This document shows, one piece after another, positions 38,071 to 51,447 of a stretch of DNA of 64,000 bases; position 1 is the first letter of the stretch, and every line of letters begins with the position of its first letter. A program made the position numbers and the translations under genes. The notes below the pieces were generated by a model. It was not told the DNA's origin and searched no databases. It was given only the letters and a program-made list of their open reading frames with translations. This DNA comes from Octopus sinensis (Eukaryota). Where the stretch lies: contig NC_043010.1 of the NCBI RefSeq assembly GCF_006345805.1, positions 17,112,001-17,176,000 on the forward strand. Direction: 5' to 3'.

Positions 38071-38869
38071 CCAACTCCCGATTTTTTTTTCATCAGGGAT
38101 TACGCTTGTGAGGTTTTTCTAGCTTTGTGATGTGTTACAATGTCCGGGCGTACAAAACATTTCTTTCAAAATTACGAATAGCTGTGAAATTTGCGCCAAA
38201 TTCCAAAGAGTTGAGAATCAGGGGTTTATAGATGGAAGGGTAAAATTCTATTATATCTATTATGTGCAAATTTACAATTACATAAATTATCTCTTTAGTT
38301 AATTCAATTAGTTATAATGGAACTATTTTTCCACAAATTCATATTCGTTTCCCTTTCCCTAGATGGTTCCTCCATCTCAGCCCAGCTAACGATCTCCATT
38401 GGTCCGATTGATTTATTTATTAACCCATAACTGGGATCCTGACAGATGCTACAACTCCGAGCCGGAGTAGCGCTAGCAAGAATAATGGCTAAGAAGTGAT
38501 TCCACTCTCCTCAAAGCCCTGCATCTCGCAAACCAGAGCCCTACCCCGGATGCAATCACACCCAGGACATATTGACATGTACCACAGTTATTAACCTTAC
38601 ACTTGTGAGGTTTTTATTGCTGTTGCTTCGATCAAACTTCGCTTTTGTCAACAATCAACAATTGTTTTAATAATATTGAAAGGTCACCAGAGAAGTGAAC
38701 TTATACAGCCAGATGTAGTTGGCATAAAACTGATGTAACTCTTACTGGTTCCGTTGACTTCAAGTAACAGAAAATAGGAAGCCTAGTGGTGTTGTATGGT
38801 CTGCGGATGTGTGTCGGTTAATAAGAATAAGGCAGTGGGCGACAGGTGGCGGGACCAAGTTTTGTCTAA

Positions 38870-39232
38870 TCTCTATATATATAAACGGCAAAATGTCTGC
38901 GTGCGTGTCCTTTATACAAATCCACAATTTTTCAGTTAGAGGGCTCGCACTTTCTATGGTCATTTAAAACCGTCCAAGGGTGGTCATACACATCTTTACA
39001 TTTCCCCAGTCACTCCGCAAAGCCATTAAAAAATCAATAGAAGTGATTTTTGGTGAATTTTCTATCCAAAACCCAATCAAAATGCCCGAAACTTGATTCG
39101 CCAATTGAATGCCAGCTAGCTGTATGTGATTGGTCGGAGATTTGGACAGTACTTACATGTATGTGTGCACGCACGCAGCTGTATATGCATGCGCTAGCAC
39201 TATGACCCGGCGTTGCCGGGTCATAATGCTAG
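38870..39232 (+). mobile_element. Non-autonomous Helitron, complete (363 bp)
   Basis: A|TCTCTATATATATAAACGGC start; hairpin ATGACCCGGCGTTGCCGGGTCAT then AATGCTAG|T. Confidence 0.92.
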
Positions 39233-39244
39233 TATAGAATATAG

Positions 39245-39830
39245 AACGGTATTAAGAGCGTTTGAAGATATCTATGTGTCGATGTGGAAAGCTTGTACGA
39301 GATGGGACTAATTGATGGAGAGAGGATTTGCAAAATACTCAGCTTCCACGCTGGCGGCATCGGTGTAGGGAGGGAAGAGGAGTTCAGGATGCTGAACTCC
39401 TTAAAGACAACGACTAGGGAGAGGAGTGGAGTGAGATAAACATCCTCAACACAGGAAGGGATGTGGTCGAAGAGATTCTCGTGATTTCAGGAGTTAAAAG
39501 ATCGGAAGAGGAAGCAGATGGTTTAGAAGAATTGGTGGCGAGAGACTTGTTGCTGATATCCAGGTTAGTAACATCAAAAAATGGAGTTTCCCCATTCTCG
39601 CAGTCACTCATCTCTCTCAATTGAGCCAATCGTCTCTGTCGTGAACATAGATACCACCTTTCAGGATCAAGATACAATGGATAGTGAAGCGTGGACAGCT
39701 GAGAGGAGTTGAATACTGGCTTTGAGAAATCGCTATCTCGAAGACAAAGAGGATGTGACACTCGTAGAATGGAACAACGCCCATAGCAGAGAAGGGAAAA
39801 GTGTTCAGAGGATTTTTTTAATGCATTTCT
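39245..39830 (-). mobile_element. Decayed LINE apurinic endonuclease (APE) region
   Basis: Frameshifted pieces (LKGGIYVH; GVQHPELL...LSHLVQ) resemble the KGGVxVYV and GDFNxHH...LxQLV motifs of CR1/Jockey APE. Confidence 0.5.
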
Positions 39831-39952
39831 GACGCCTGAACCGAATGCTTACAACAGAGTAAACTCTGCTAAAAGTACCCAAGAACTAAGTGGAAGAACC
39901 ACACCCGGTGGTATCATAAAAATATGGGCATAGATACATACATCTACCTACT

Positions 39953-40035
<83 letters not shown>

Positions 40036-40036
40036 A

Positions 40037-40791
40037 TCTTATTATAAAAGGCAGATTTTATCTGCCTCCCTTTGTCAGTTATAGAAATCTACAATATAAG
40101 ATTTCTTCAATTACAATTTACCTAGCATTTTAAAGAGTAGAATGCATCGGGTTATGCCAGGTCCAGTTTTTAAAATTTAAACTCCAATTAAGCAAAATTT
40201 ACAGAAAACTCACATTCTGGTGTGTATGTCAAATGCTTTTCTTAATGTGGTTTACACCACACGCACACGCACACACACAGTGTGCAACGAAAGTAATTCA
40301 CTGTGTGTGTGTTGACAGGTAGACAATAGAATGCGATGGCGATGGCGATGTAATATTTGTTTCTGTCTATCACGCTGATAGATACATGAGTAAAATGTAT
40401 GGCAAGCTAAGAGATAAGAGTGAGTGAAAATGTTCTTGGAAGAGAGTAAATAGCGACAGAGTGATTTGAGGAAGACTAAACTGAAAGTATTTCTATAAAA
40501 CGGATCAACCATGCTATCAACATAATTTCTCCCACTTTCTCTTTGCAAGTGTACCTTAAACCACTACTCAAAAAATAAAAAAAACACAGCAAACAGAAAC
40601 AAATAAATACATAACGATTTACTCCTCACACAATTTCTTCAATTAGAGTTTACCTAAGATTTTTCAAAGTACTCCATTCGGTCATGCCATAACAAATTTC
40701 TTTCAATTTCACCCCCAATTAAGACAAAATTCGAGAAAACTCAATATTTTAACATTTCACTCCGAAAGCATTGATGTACATGTGTGCGTGC

Positions 40792-40832
<41 letters not shown>

Positions 40833-41955
40833 ATGGGTTGTGCGACACAGAAAGTGTGGTGTGTAAGTGAAGTGCTTTTGTTACTGTGTGTAAAGAGACA
40901 GAGAGAGTGAAAGAGAAATAACTGAACTTTTTTTATTCACTTTTTGTAGTGAGTGACTGAGAGAGAAAAGAGAGAGAGAGGTTATGTATGTATATATGTA
41001 TGTATGGCTTCAGTGACACACACACACAAAAACACATACCTACGTACACCTAAAGCACGCACACACACACACACAAGCGGAGCGCGAACTTCAAAATTTT
41101 GGTAGTATTAATTTGCGAGCGTACTTCTAAGCGCGCGTAATTGAAAGTTTTCACTATGATATCATCACGTGCGAAAAAATTCGAAGGGTTTTGAACAATT
41201 GAGATACAGATGTCACACCTGTATTGAAACCATTGCTAAGCTGCCGTAATTGCTTAATTAAGACTTTGTTTAAATTGAAAGGGGCAAATATGTGACGAGG
41301 TTGAAAAAAAATACCCCAGAAAAAAAATGTACTGCTGGTATTTATATAATTCACTACTATTTTGCTACAATGTCATGAAAAAGAAAAAATTTAGGTATAT
41401 ACAACATATACATTTTTTCTATTCATTCAACGAAATTTAAAAAATCGAATTCGCCACCCCCTTTTCCCCGTTCGCGTTTGTGTAAAAAAAATTATTATTT
41501 AAGTTTTAAAAATTATTTACTTTGTTCAAAAAATATTAATATTAATTAATTTTCAAGAATTATTTAATTTTATTCTGTAAAATAGTAATTAATTCATTTA
41601 TCTGTAAATCCGCGTGGTTGTTACTCAGGCACCTAGAATGGTAACCTTCAACTAACACTATCTCCTCCGAGACCCTGCGGCGTAAGTTGACCAAAATTGA
41701 GAGTATGATAGAAGAAGGGTTGCTCTTCCTTCCGTAGAACATAAAATTCAAATCGGACCATGTTAACACCAAAAATTATTTACATCAAAAAGATGCTTTT
41801 TTCTATGAAAATCCCTATTTTTTACGATTTTTTCACTGCTGTGTCGCCACTTTTCGGTGTATTTCGACCAGAAAAATGTTCACAAAATTTTTACTTTTCA
41901 AAATTACAATTCCAGCGGGTCGAAACAAACCCGAGCAACGCCGGCGATACTGCTA

Positions 41956-41956
<1 letters not shown>
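40037..41956 (+). mobile_element. Longer non-autonomous Helitron (about 1.9 kb)
   Basis: A|TCTTATTATAAAAGGCAG candidate start; 3' hairpin + CTGCTAG|T, with 3' 330 bp shared with 10690-11081. The 3' end is certain; the 5' pairing is inferred. Confidence 0.65.
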
Positions 41957-42009
<53 letters not shown>

Positions 42010-44033
42010 GTAAGCGCGCGCGCACATACACACAAATATTTTTATCTCTTTGGTGAAACTTTGCCTTATATATTTTTCAATGATTTCCACTCAGTTTTAT
42101 AATAAATATATTTTAAATGACAGGAATTCAGAAATTCCTAAAACGATCGAAGAACTTCAAAGAAATTCTGACAAGGGTGTTCAGAATTTATTTGTTTTGG
42201 GGATGACGTTTTGACATTAGCTCATTTCTAGAATTTGATAAAGGAAGTCATCTGGATGAAGAATTGCTTATAGCTGCACAATGGCATTGCTCGACATCCG
42301 CCAGAATATGGCTTAGCAAAATAGACTTCTGACCACAATATCTTAAAGTTTATGATACCTAAAATAAAATGTTTGTTGTGTACCTTCTCATAAAGACGCA
42401 TTCTTTTAAGCCTATTGTAACATGTTTTCTGCCAACTTCACCTTGGCACAATATATCAATTTCTTGCTGTGGCATATATTGTTAAATGGACGTAAGTTAG
42501 TACTCGTACAGTTGCATTGGGATTCAATAGCTGTTTTTGTAATTTCGTCTGTTATCTTAAGGTTTCTGATACTGCTGTAACAGACTTTCATGGAATTTTT
42601 GTTAAAGGTTTTATAATATTTATGACCAATTAGAAAGTATGTCTGTATAACTGTTAATAAAGATTTTGCGATATTAAATGTCGCATTCGGACTAAATAGA
42701 TAATACGCTTGTGTGGTTTTTGTAGCTTTGTGATATGTTACAATGTCCAGGCGTACATAACATTTCTTTCAAAATTACGAATAGCTGTGAAATTTGCGCC
42801 AAATTCCAAAGAGTTGAGAATAAGGGGTTTACAAATGGAAGGGTAAAATTCTATTATATCTATTATGTGCAAATTTACAATTACATAAATTATCTCTTTA
42901 GTTAAGTCAATTAGTTATAATGGAACTATTTTTCCACAAATTCATATTCGTAACTTGACAAACTTTATCGCATCGGAAATATAATTAGCAACTATGTCTA
43001 ACGGGAGTGGAAGAAACAAAAAAGTTACCTTATGATCTTTAAATGTAATTTGGGATATATCCAATTCAAAGTATTCAACTCTCTCTAGTTAAAGTTTGGT
43101 GGCGAATATTTGTTGCTTATAATTAATCTTAAGTGTGGCACTAACGGTTGATTGCAATAAGTGAAACTCATTAATACAATTGCATTGTCTACTGCTTGTA
43201 GAACGACTTCCGTTCACTAAAATGGTTGCATGCTTCATTATGTCAAAATCGCTCATTACAAGAAACCTCACGTAATTTTGGTACAAAACATGGAATTGAT
43301 TTCTCTGTAGACATTCTCAGTTCTTACGCCAAAGACAGGCGAGAGATAAACTTGGCCAGGTACCATGCTGCGAGACGTCTGACTTCATTAAAATCAAGAA
43401 GCGTTTATGAAGTAAGAAGTAGCAGAAATTTTATCTGGATCCGGCTTTATTCCATTTTTGGCGAGTTTGATCAACAAAAAACTAATTTTAATTACTAGCA
43501 AGGACACGGTATTCCGTTTTGCAACCACAAAACGCTACCGAGTATATTAAAGGTAACCGAGTTAATATCGTCTTACTTTTGGGGTTAGCTTTGCAATATT
43601 CTCATTTTTAAGCGATAAACTATAGATTTTCTATCGAATTCAGAGCCAGTGAGTTACCGCTCACCCATCAACAATTTTTCTATCTTCAATCACATTGTTT
43701 ACAGGTTTGAGCGTGAATTGAAGGCTGTTTATGCGTGTTCGCATCTATAGTAGCGTGCAATATTTGAAGTGATGCTGGCTTGGCAGGAGTAACTGATCTT
43801 AACATTGTGCGATCGAATAGTTCATAATGCTTATTGGTTCTAAGGAAAAGTCTTAGAAGCGATAAATTACGGGACTCAGTAGAAGTGTAGAATATTCTTT
43901 AATACATCATGACTAAAAGGCTCCTATTTTCAGTACTCCGAGTCACATATTTCCAATCATCAGCTTTCCCTTTGGAATATTTGCCGTTTGAAAATATTTT
44001 TGAAATATTATTTGAAAGTTATGAAGAAAACGC

Positions 44034-44457
44034 GGATCTTTTCGGTTTCAACGACAGTTTTTTCTAGCGGTGTCATATGAAATTGTCACCCATAATTATG
44101 ACCCTAGTATCGATCTATTGCATTTCAATCTGTTTTAGGGTTAGGGTTAAGGTTAGGGGTGGGGGGAAGGGTATCTTTTTTTCTTCACAAATATAAACAA
44201 ACCCAATCTGTTTCTTAAACGAGGGACATATTCATACGGCACAGAATGCTGTTTTTACCTCAATAGACGTCAGTGATTGGTTGAAATTGCAGAAATTGAA
44301 GAAAAAAACAACAAATATCTTACAAACTATAGAATTTTCTCAATAAAACCAAGAGAAAAACATGCTTTATAAACACATTCTACCAGTATACGAAGTTTAA
44401 AATTTTTTAGTTACCTAGAAATTATGTTAAAAACTGCCGTTCAAACCGAAAAGATCC
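44034..44457 (-). mobile_element. MITE family E (no matching TSD)
   Basis: GGATC TIRs and TTAGGG run; flanks GAAAACGC/GAGTGCGT. Confidence 0.9.
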
Positions 44458-45534
44458 GAGTGCGTTTTGTGTGCGCCTGTGTATATACATATCTATACTT
44501 ATACGCACATATATCCACGAAATTATGTATGCATACATATATATACATGTATGCATATATATATACATACGCACACATGTTGATGATGATAAGGAAATTG
44601 CTTAACATTCGTATCGACTCTCCGACCACGTGGAGCTGGCATGAATTTCTTAACTATTCCACTATATTGCGTTTATCGAGCGCGAGTGCGCGCACACAGA
44701 CACTCACACATTGATACTCTCTATTATATAATATATACATAATACACACGTATGTATAAATATATATAACTTATACAATGATATATACCAAACACACACA
44801 CGCATGCATGCACATACGTCTGTGTGTGTTCATGTATGAATGTGTTATGTAACGTGTGTGTTCTTCATTAGGTGTGTATAAAAATGTACGTGTGGGTTTA
44901 TGCATGTGTGTATATGCATGTGTGTATATGCATGTGTGCATGTGTGTGTGTGTGCGTGTGTGTATATGCATGTGTGTGAAAGCGAGTGCCCCAAAAGGTT
45001 ATGACCCACAGCCGTTTTTACCTTATTGCTGGACTTCCTTTCTCATCTTGGAAATAATGACGTCAGACGCACGTTGACATTTCGCGTTCGGATTATTACC
45101 AACATAGCAAACATACAAACCCAACTACTGCCAGTTACCACACACGCGCGCGCGTACATATACATACATACATACATATATAAATATATATATATACATA
45201 CATTCATACATATATACATACATACATTCATACATACATACATACATACATACATACATACATTCATACATACATACATACATACATACATACATACATA
45301 AATACATATGTACATACATACATATATAAATATATATACGTACATACATATATATACATACATACATACATATATATATATATTTATATATATATACATA
45401 CATACATGTATGTATGTATGTATGTATGTATGTATGTATGTATGTATGTATGTATGTATGTATGTATGTATGTATGTATGTATGTATGTATGTATGTATG
45501 TATGTATGTATGTATGTATGTATGTATGTATGTA

Positions 45535-46382
45535 TAGTGCGTTCGGCTAGATTTTGACGATTTTATATGTCTCCTGTTTTCACGAACGGCTCTTGGCATA
45601 TTAGTGAACAGTCGACGGTGTTGGAGAGCATAAAGGTTAGTTTAGAAAGAGTTAGCTGGAGGCCGTCTGAATACTGGGAAAGAGTTTGTTTGCGTCATGA
45701 CGATTGGCGCCGGGTATCAAAACGCCAGCATCATGACTGCTGCTCAATACTCTGTGAACATTGTAAAGGGTGTAAGACAAAGAATGGACATCTGTAACAG
45801 AGGCTACGAAGTGGTTGCCAGTAGGATGGGACACTGCAGGCGTTCTGACTGCGTCCACACGCTAGAATTCAACCCCCACGTCTTTAAACGGGGCATCAGG
45901 CTCAATTCGGACGGCTACTTGAAGCTGCTGGAGACGGTGGCCAATCCCTGACCAAAGAGGGTTGTTGCTGAAAGGCCATATTTGTGGCAGTAGGATTTGG
46001 TTCCTCGCCATGGTTCCAAAAAGTGTCAAAAGAGACAGTCGGAGAATTTCTATGAGTTTACCAGCCCCAATATCTGGCCCCCTAATTCACCCAAAGGGAA
46101 TCCCATGGATTTCTATGTGTGTGGCATGATTGAGAAGGACACCAATTGCTCTGCCTGCAACACCAAGACCAAGCTACTGGGCTTACAAAGAATAAATCCT
46201 GGAGTTGATTCGCTCGACTAAAGGCGGTGCCCCAGCATGGCCACAGTCAAATGAGTGAAACGAATAAAAGAACAGACTAAAGATCACCAGATGCATTACA
46301 TCAATCAGTGACACTCGTTACATATAAATCACTTGACGACTCCAAGTTTGCTTTGTGAGTCAGGTGACTTTTGGACACCCTG
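45535..46382 (+). mobile_element. Internally deleted maT/DD37D-like transposon with a SINE-A tail inserted at about 46176-46280
   Basis: YLKLLETV, RPYLWQ*DLVPRH and NIWPPNSPKGNPMDFYVCG (WPPxSPDxNPxDY). The right end reads CACCCTG|TA and the left end is degenerate. Confidence 0.75.
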
Positions 46383-46498
46383 TAGGATGAAGAATAAAAG
46401 CCAAACAAACTCATAAAAGTCAACGGTCATCCATTTGCATAGATATGTATTGGTTTATATTATTTATCTTTACACTCCTCTTTTAGCATTTGTTTATA

Positions 46499-46597
<99 letters not shown>

Positions 46598-46689
46598 TCA
46601 TGTACATTTTGTCATTTTATATTCTAGCTTAGTCACAAAGCTGTTTGCCCTTCAGTTCTGTGTGGACTTTGTGTGTCATGGGTGGAGGG

Positions 46690-46900
46690 TGCACAGTGAT
46701 ATAGACAGGGCTACATTTGCACTTTGTCACATGTGCATGCTGACTAACATTGTACATCCTGCTTCCTTTCTTTCAAGCCTTCACATGTCCTCTGCATCCG
46801 CAGTCTGCATTTCCCTATCACGTAGCATCTCTATTTGTACGCAAGCATCATACAATCTGCCCAGTTCTTTATGAGGGAGGCTTCTTGTTAAAAATGAAGG
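46690..46900 (-). mobile_element. RTE LINE fragment
   Basis: GRLYDACVQIEML...TADAEDM*RLERKEA resembles RLYxACVxxxMLxGSETW...DMRRLERxE. Confidence 0.6.
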
Positions 46901-47109
46901 TAATAGCTCTCTGAACGTCCCTCATTTTGTAACAGGTAAATTGAGGATTGATAAAAGGTCTCATCTGCATAAAAGAGATCTTATTTATTCAGTTTATATT
47001 GAGATTTGTGATAAAACAACAGCAAATTTTCTGGCAGATTTCCAGTGGGACAATCACTGAGTTGCTGCATTTCCAACAGTGAGAACCAACAATGAAGCAT
47101 TTGCAATTC

Positions 47110-47535
47110 AGTGATCTTCACTCAAAAAAGCACCAATTTGTCTTATGCTTACAACCTTCACCAATACAGACCAATGCTGACACACACACAAACACCCTGA
47201 CTGGCTTCGTGCCAGTGGCACGTAAAAAGCACCATCCGAACATGGCCAATGCCAGTGTCCCCTGACTGGCCCTGTACCAGTGGCACATAAAAAGCACCAT
47301 CTGAATGTGATCGATGCCAGGCCCACCTGAGTGGCTCCTTGTGCCGGTGGCATGTAAACAGCACCCACTACACTCTCAGAGTGGTTGGCGTTAAGAAGAG
47401 CATCCAGCTGTAGAAACATTGCCAGATCAGATTGGAGCCTGGTGCAGCCACTGGCTTTCCAGACCTCAGTCAAACCATTCAACCATGCCAGCATGGAAAA
47501 CGGACGTTAAACGATGGTGATGATGATGATGATAT
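47110..47535 (-). mobile_element. SINE/LINE-tail family D (RTE-type 3' end, (CAT)n tail); other copies at about 56645-56930 (-), 59870-60215 (+), 61290-61440 (+), 63740-64000 (+)
   Basis: Shared AAAAGCACC..GTGGCAC tandem modules and GTGGTTGGCGTTAGGAAGGGCATCCAGCTGTAGAAAC...ATGATGATG tail. Confidence 0.8.
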
Positions 47536-48087
47536 ATAGGTCAGTTGAGTTAGAGGTTAAAATAACCATCTAAGGGATAGAAATATCCATTACACTACCA
47601 GTATATTACCTATATTTAACCATGGACATACATATGCAGACATATGCTCATAAATTACAGGTAAAGACAAAGATAAACATGTGTTTATCAAGAATCAAAA
47701 TTTGAAGAAAACAGAAAATTGAGAAGTACTGATTAACAACAATTGACTTACACCAATTATTATTTATTAATTCAATACATCTAATAGCTGTTTCTGCTTC
47801 CAATGTTATATGGTATTGCCATTGATATTCAAAATATGTAAAAATATTAATCATATTTGGTAATAAAACCGATTTGAAACAAGGAGCTTCATCAGAGTGA
47901 AGAATAAATAAAGAAGAAGAGCATGAAGAAGAAAAAGGGAAAAGTTGAATATGGTTGTAATCCTAGCATTTTGCTTGTGTCACACAAATATAATATATAC
48001 TAGTGTGACCACGTTATCTTTAAGATAGCGTATTTTATATTGTATCATATATTTGTGTAATATATATATATACATACGTATATATAA

Positions 48088-48485
48088 GCGTAGGAGTGGC
48101 TGTGTGGTAAGTAGCTTGCTTATGAACCACACGGTTCCAGGTTCAGTCCCACTGCGTGGCACCTTGGGCAAGTGTCTTCTACTATAGCCTCGGGCCGACC
48201 AAAGTCTTGTGAGTGGATTTGGTAGATGATAACTGAAAGAAGCCCGTTGTATATATGTATATATATATGTGTGTGTTTATGCGTTGTGTTTGTCCCCTCC
48301 CCCCATCGCTTGACAACCGATGCTGGTGTGTTTGCGTCCCCGTAACTTAGCGGTTCAGCAAAAGAGGCCGATAGAATAAGTACTAGGCTTACAAAGAATA
48401 AGTGCTGGGGTCGATTTCCTCGACTAAAGGCAGTGCTCCAGCATGGCCACAGTCAAATGACTGAAACAAGAAAATGAGTAAATGA
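48088..48485 (+). mobile_element. SINE family A (OK-like), full length
   Basis: Same head, body and tail as 3139 and 32343. Confidence 0.9.
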
Positions 48486-48489
48486 GTAA

Positions 48490-50050
48490 ATATATATATA
48501 GAATGCAGTAATTAATAATGGAGCAGAAAAGTCTTCGCGTCTGAAAAGGAATAGCTGAAATATTAGCAAACTCCATGGTCCAATAGCATTCACGGTCATC
48601 ATGTGCTAAACCCAGTTTCCTTGCAGCCTCTTTGTAACTATGGCAAACTACACCATTAATAGTCCTCATATCTTCAAATGATTAACTCCGGGAATATGAT
48701 ACAGTAAATCTCTCAGATAGAATCGCTCTTCTTCTTTTGGTGAAACAAAATAGATACGCCCAATTGAGTATGTATTATTTTTTCTGAGATGCCACATTTT
48801 CTCACTATTATTCCATTTGTAAAATTCAGGGAAATCAATAAAGTGTAATGTCCATGCAAATGAGTGATTGCTGGTGATTCCTGGTTAACTCGCATCCATT
48901 CAGTGAGAGTGGAGCTTCCATGTGTGTGGATAACATGTTCAATATCATCATCATCGTTAAAGTAAATGTATTGCTGTTGGGGTAAGCTGTCAGATCGCAG
49001 GATATGAACCTCTCTTTTACTCTTTTACTTGTTTCAGTCATTTGACTGCGGCCATGCTGGAGCACTGCCTTTAATCGAGCAACTCGACCCCTGGACTTAT
49101 TCTTTTGTAAGCCCAGAACTTATTCTATCGGTCTCTTTTGCCGAACCACTAAGTAACGGGGACATAAACACACCAGCATCGGTTGTCAAGCAATGCTAGG
49201 GGAACAAACACAGACACACAAACACACACACGCATATATATATATACATATATACGACGGGCTTCTTTCAGTTTCCGTCTACCAAATCCACTCACAAGGC
49301 TTTGGTCGGCCCGAGGCTATAGTAGAAGACACTTGGCCAAGGTGCCACGCAGTGGGACTGAACCCGGAACCATGTGGTTGGTAAGCAAGCTACTTACCAC
49401 ACAGCCACTCCTGCGCATGTAATTTGAACCCTAAAATCCTCCAGACTGCCTCGGATGAGGATACACAGTGGCCAGTGATATAATTTTCAGTTTCATCTTT
49501 GTGTGTTTGTTGTGCATTGGTTTGTCCACTGATATTGACCGTCACCCGATAATGACCTTTATGAATATATCTGCTAATATATTTAATTGATTTTACAGAT
49601 GCACATATCCCTACATTACAACGACCTCCATATCTGACTACGAAAGATGAGGACATATGGTAACATTAGCCAATGTAAATGTAAAACCATTATTCCAATG
49701 TCGCTAAAGTGGACAGCCATTATAACTGTGTCATGTATTTTCCTGAAAGTCTCTAGAGAAATGTTTTTTTTACATTTCCCATCAACCATACATGTTTCAT
49801 TAGGTTTATCTCTTCCACATGGACCATGTAGCATGCTTTTCATGACATGTTGGAACAGAATTGGTTGTATTTGGGCCTTTGGAAGTTCTGCACAAACAGA
49901 TTTATCCTAATGTTCTGGATCTTTATTTAATATGAACAATATTTGACAAGGGGCTAGTCCACGCTTTTGGAACTCTATAGTCCTCATGTACCCCTGCAAC
50001 CTATCCCAAAACATTCTTCTCCAAAATATTATGCAAGATATCCCTAAGTT
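48490..50050 (-). pseudogene. Helitron Rep/helicase relic, interrupted by a SINE-A at 49015-49416
   Basis: IEFQKRGLAPCQIL (HUH motif EFQKRGLPHxHxL), MLHGPCG..CMVDGKCKK, CASVKSIKYI..YIHKG, SEAVWRILGFKLH, ERFYLR and MRTINGVVCHSYKEAARKLGL, in the correct RepHel order. Confidence 0.9.
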
Positions 50051-50557
50051 TCATATTAAATACTCTGTCAGTGAAATCTGGTCTGTCAGCTGGTGTCTGA
50101 CCTGGATAAAGTTCGTCTGTGATACCATTTGAGCAACGAAAATTCTGACACAAATGAAAATTAAATTACAGAGATGCATAGCAAGTGACTTGATCTGAGA
50201 TTGTACTGAAAAAAACAACAATTGCAGCATGGAAGATGATTGTAAGCCATCAAAGAACACACAAAAAGCCATTAGATTCATTTCAATATTCAGCACAAAG
50301 TTTTGTCAGCACAAAGATGCAGCACAAAGTTTTGTCAGTGAAGAGGTTCTGGTTTCAGAGAAACGAAAATATTTTGACAAATTAAATTTAAATGTTGAAG
50401 TGAATCTAATGATTTTTTGTGTGATCTTAAATGGCTTACAAACATCTACGCTGCAATTGTATTTGAAAATTAAATGTTGAAGTGAATCTAACATTTTTTT
50501 TGTTTTCCTTGAATGGCTAACAAATTTCTTTGAAGCTGCAATTGCTATAGATATACA

Positions 50558-50830
50558 CAGGAGTTGAACAAAATAGTGGAAACACCTAGCATCATAGCAT
50601 CATAATTTTGAAATATCTATAAAACTGTCGAAAGCTTATTTATTTTTATGTTTTTTTATTTATTATTAGTGTTGCTTTATATGTTTTGCTAAAGTTGCTG
50701 TTTCTTTTGAGATATCAGAAAAAGGTAATTAAAATTCATTAAAATGGCACATCTACCGGACTTTCAAAGAGGTCAAATTGTTGATGCTCGTATGGCAGGT
50801 GCTAGCATAAGGAAAACAGCTGAAATGTTT
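50558..50830 (+). mobile_element. Tc1-like element 5' fragment
   Basis: Left-end-like CAGGAGTTGAACAAAATAGTGGAAACACC and N-terminus MAHLPDFQRGQIVDARMAGASIRKTAEMFG. Confidence 0.7.
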
Positions 50831-51409
50831 GGAAACTGACTTTCCGTCGACAACTATGATTGTCACACGCCGATGATAGGTCAATACCTTGAAACTCGAG
50901 TCCGTGTGTATCATAAGTTGAAGATGGGAAGGATGACTTCCCTTCACAAATACTGATAGGGCACAGAAAGTGTGTCTATAGCCAGCTGGAGGAGGTGTCT
51001 TAGGGGTTAGCCATATTCAAATGGCAAATATACGTCACTATATATATATATATATATATAGATATATATACACGCACACAAAAAGATAGATACAACTAAA
51101 TGGGCAAACAAAAATATGAGATGCTGCCTAGTGCTTTTTTTTTATGTTGATAAGCCCCCAATAGGTGCCTTAACTCCCACATTTTAGAGCTCCATGACCT
51201 CTATTTTTCAGGAGCAAAATCCTTTTAACAAGTTCCGTAAGATTGCAATTTTGGAATCTGCACATAAAGATCAGTAGTATGGGATGCATGTGTCATGATT
51301 AGAATTTTTTTAGGGTGTGTAAAGAGGGGAATTGCAATTGTGATGAAATTCGAATCATAGGTAGACCAGTTCATTAGAGAAAATATAACAGAAAAGTCTA
51401 ATTGTTCAA

Positions 51410-51447
51410 CTGCATGTAACACGGGCAGCGCCGGGTATATCTGCTAG
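51410..51447 (+). mobile_element. Helitron 3' terminus (5' end not located)
   Basis: CACGGGCAGCGCCGGGTATATCTGCTAG|T. Confidence 0.6.

Noticed and set aside
47200-47370. CRISPR-like repeat-spacer pattern (AAAAGCACC...GTGGCA modules; also 56800-56930, 59880-60050, 63740-63970)
   Set aside because: These are degenerate internal tandem modules of a eukaryotic SINE/LINE-tail family with related spacers and no cas genes.
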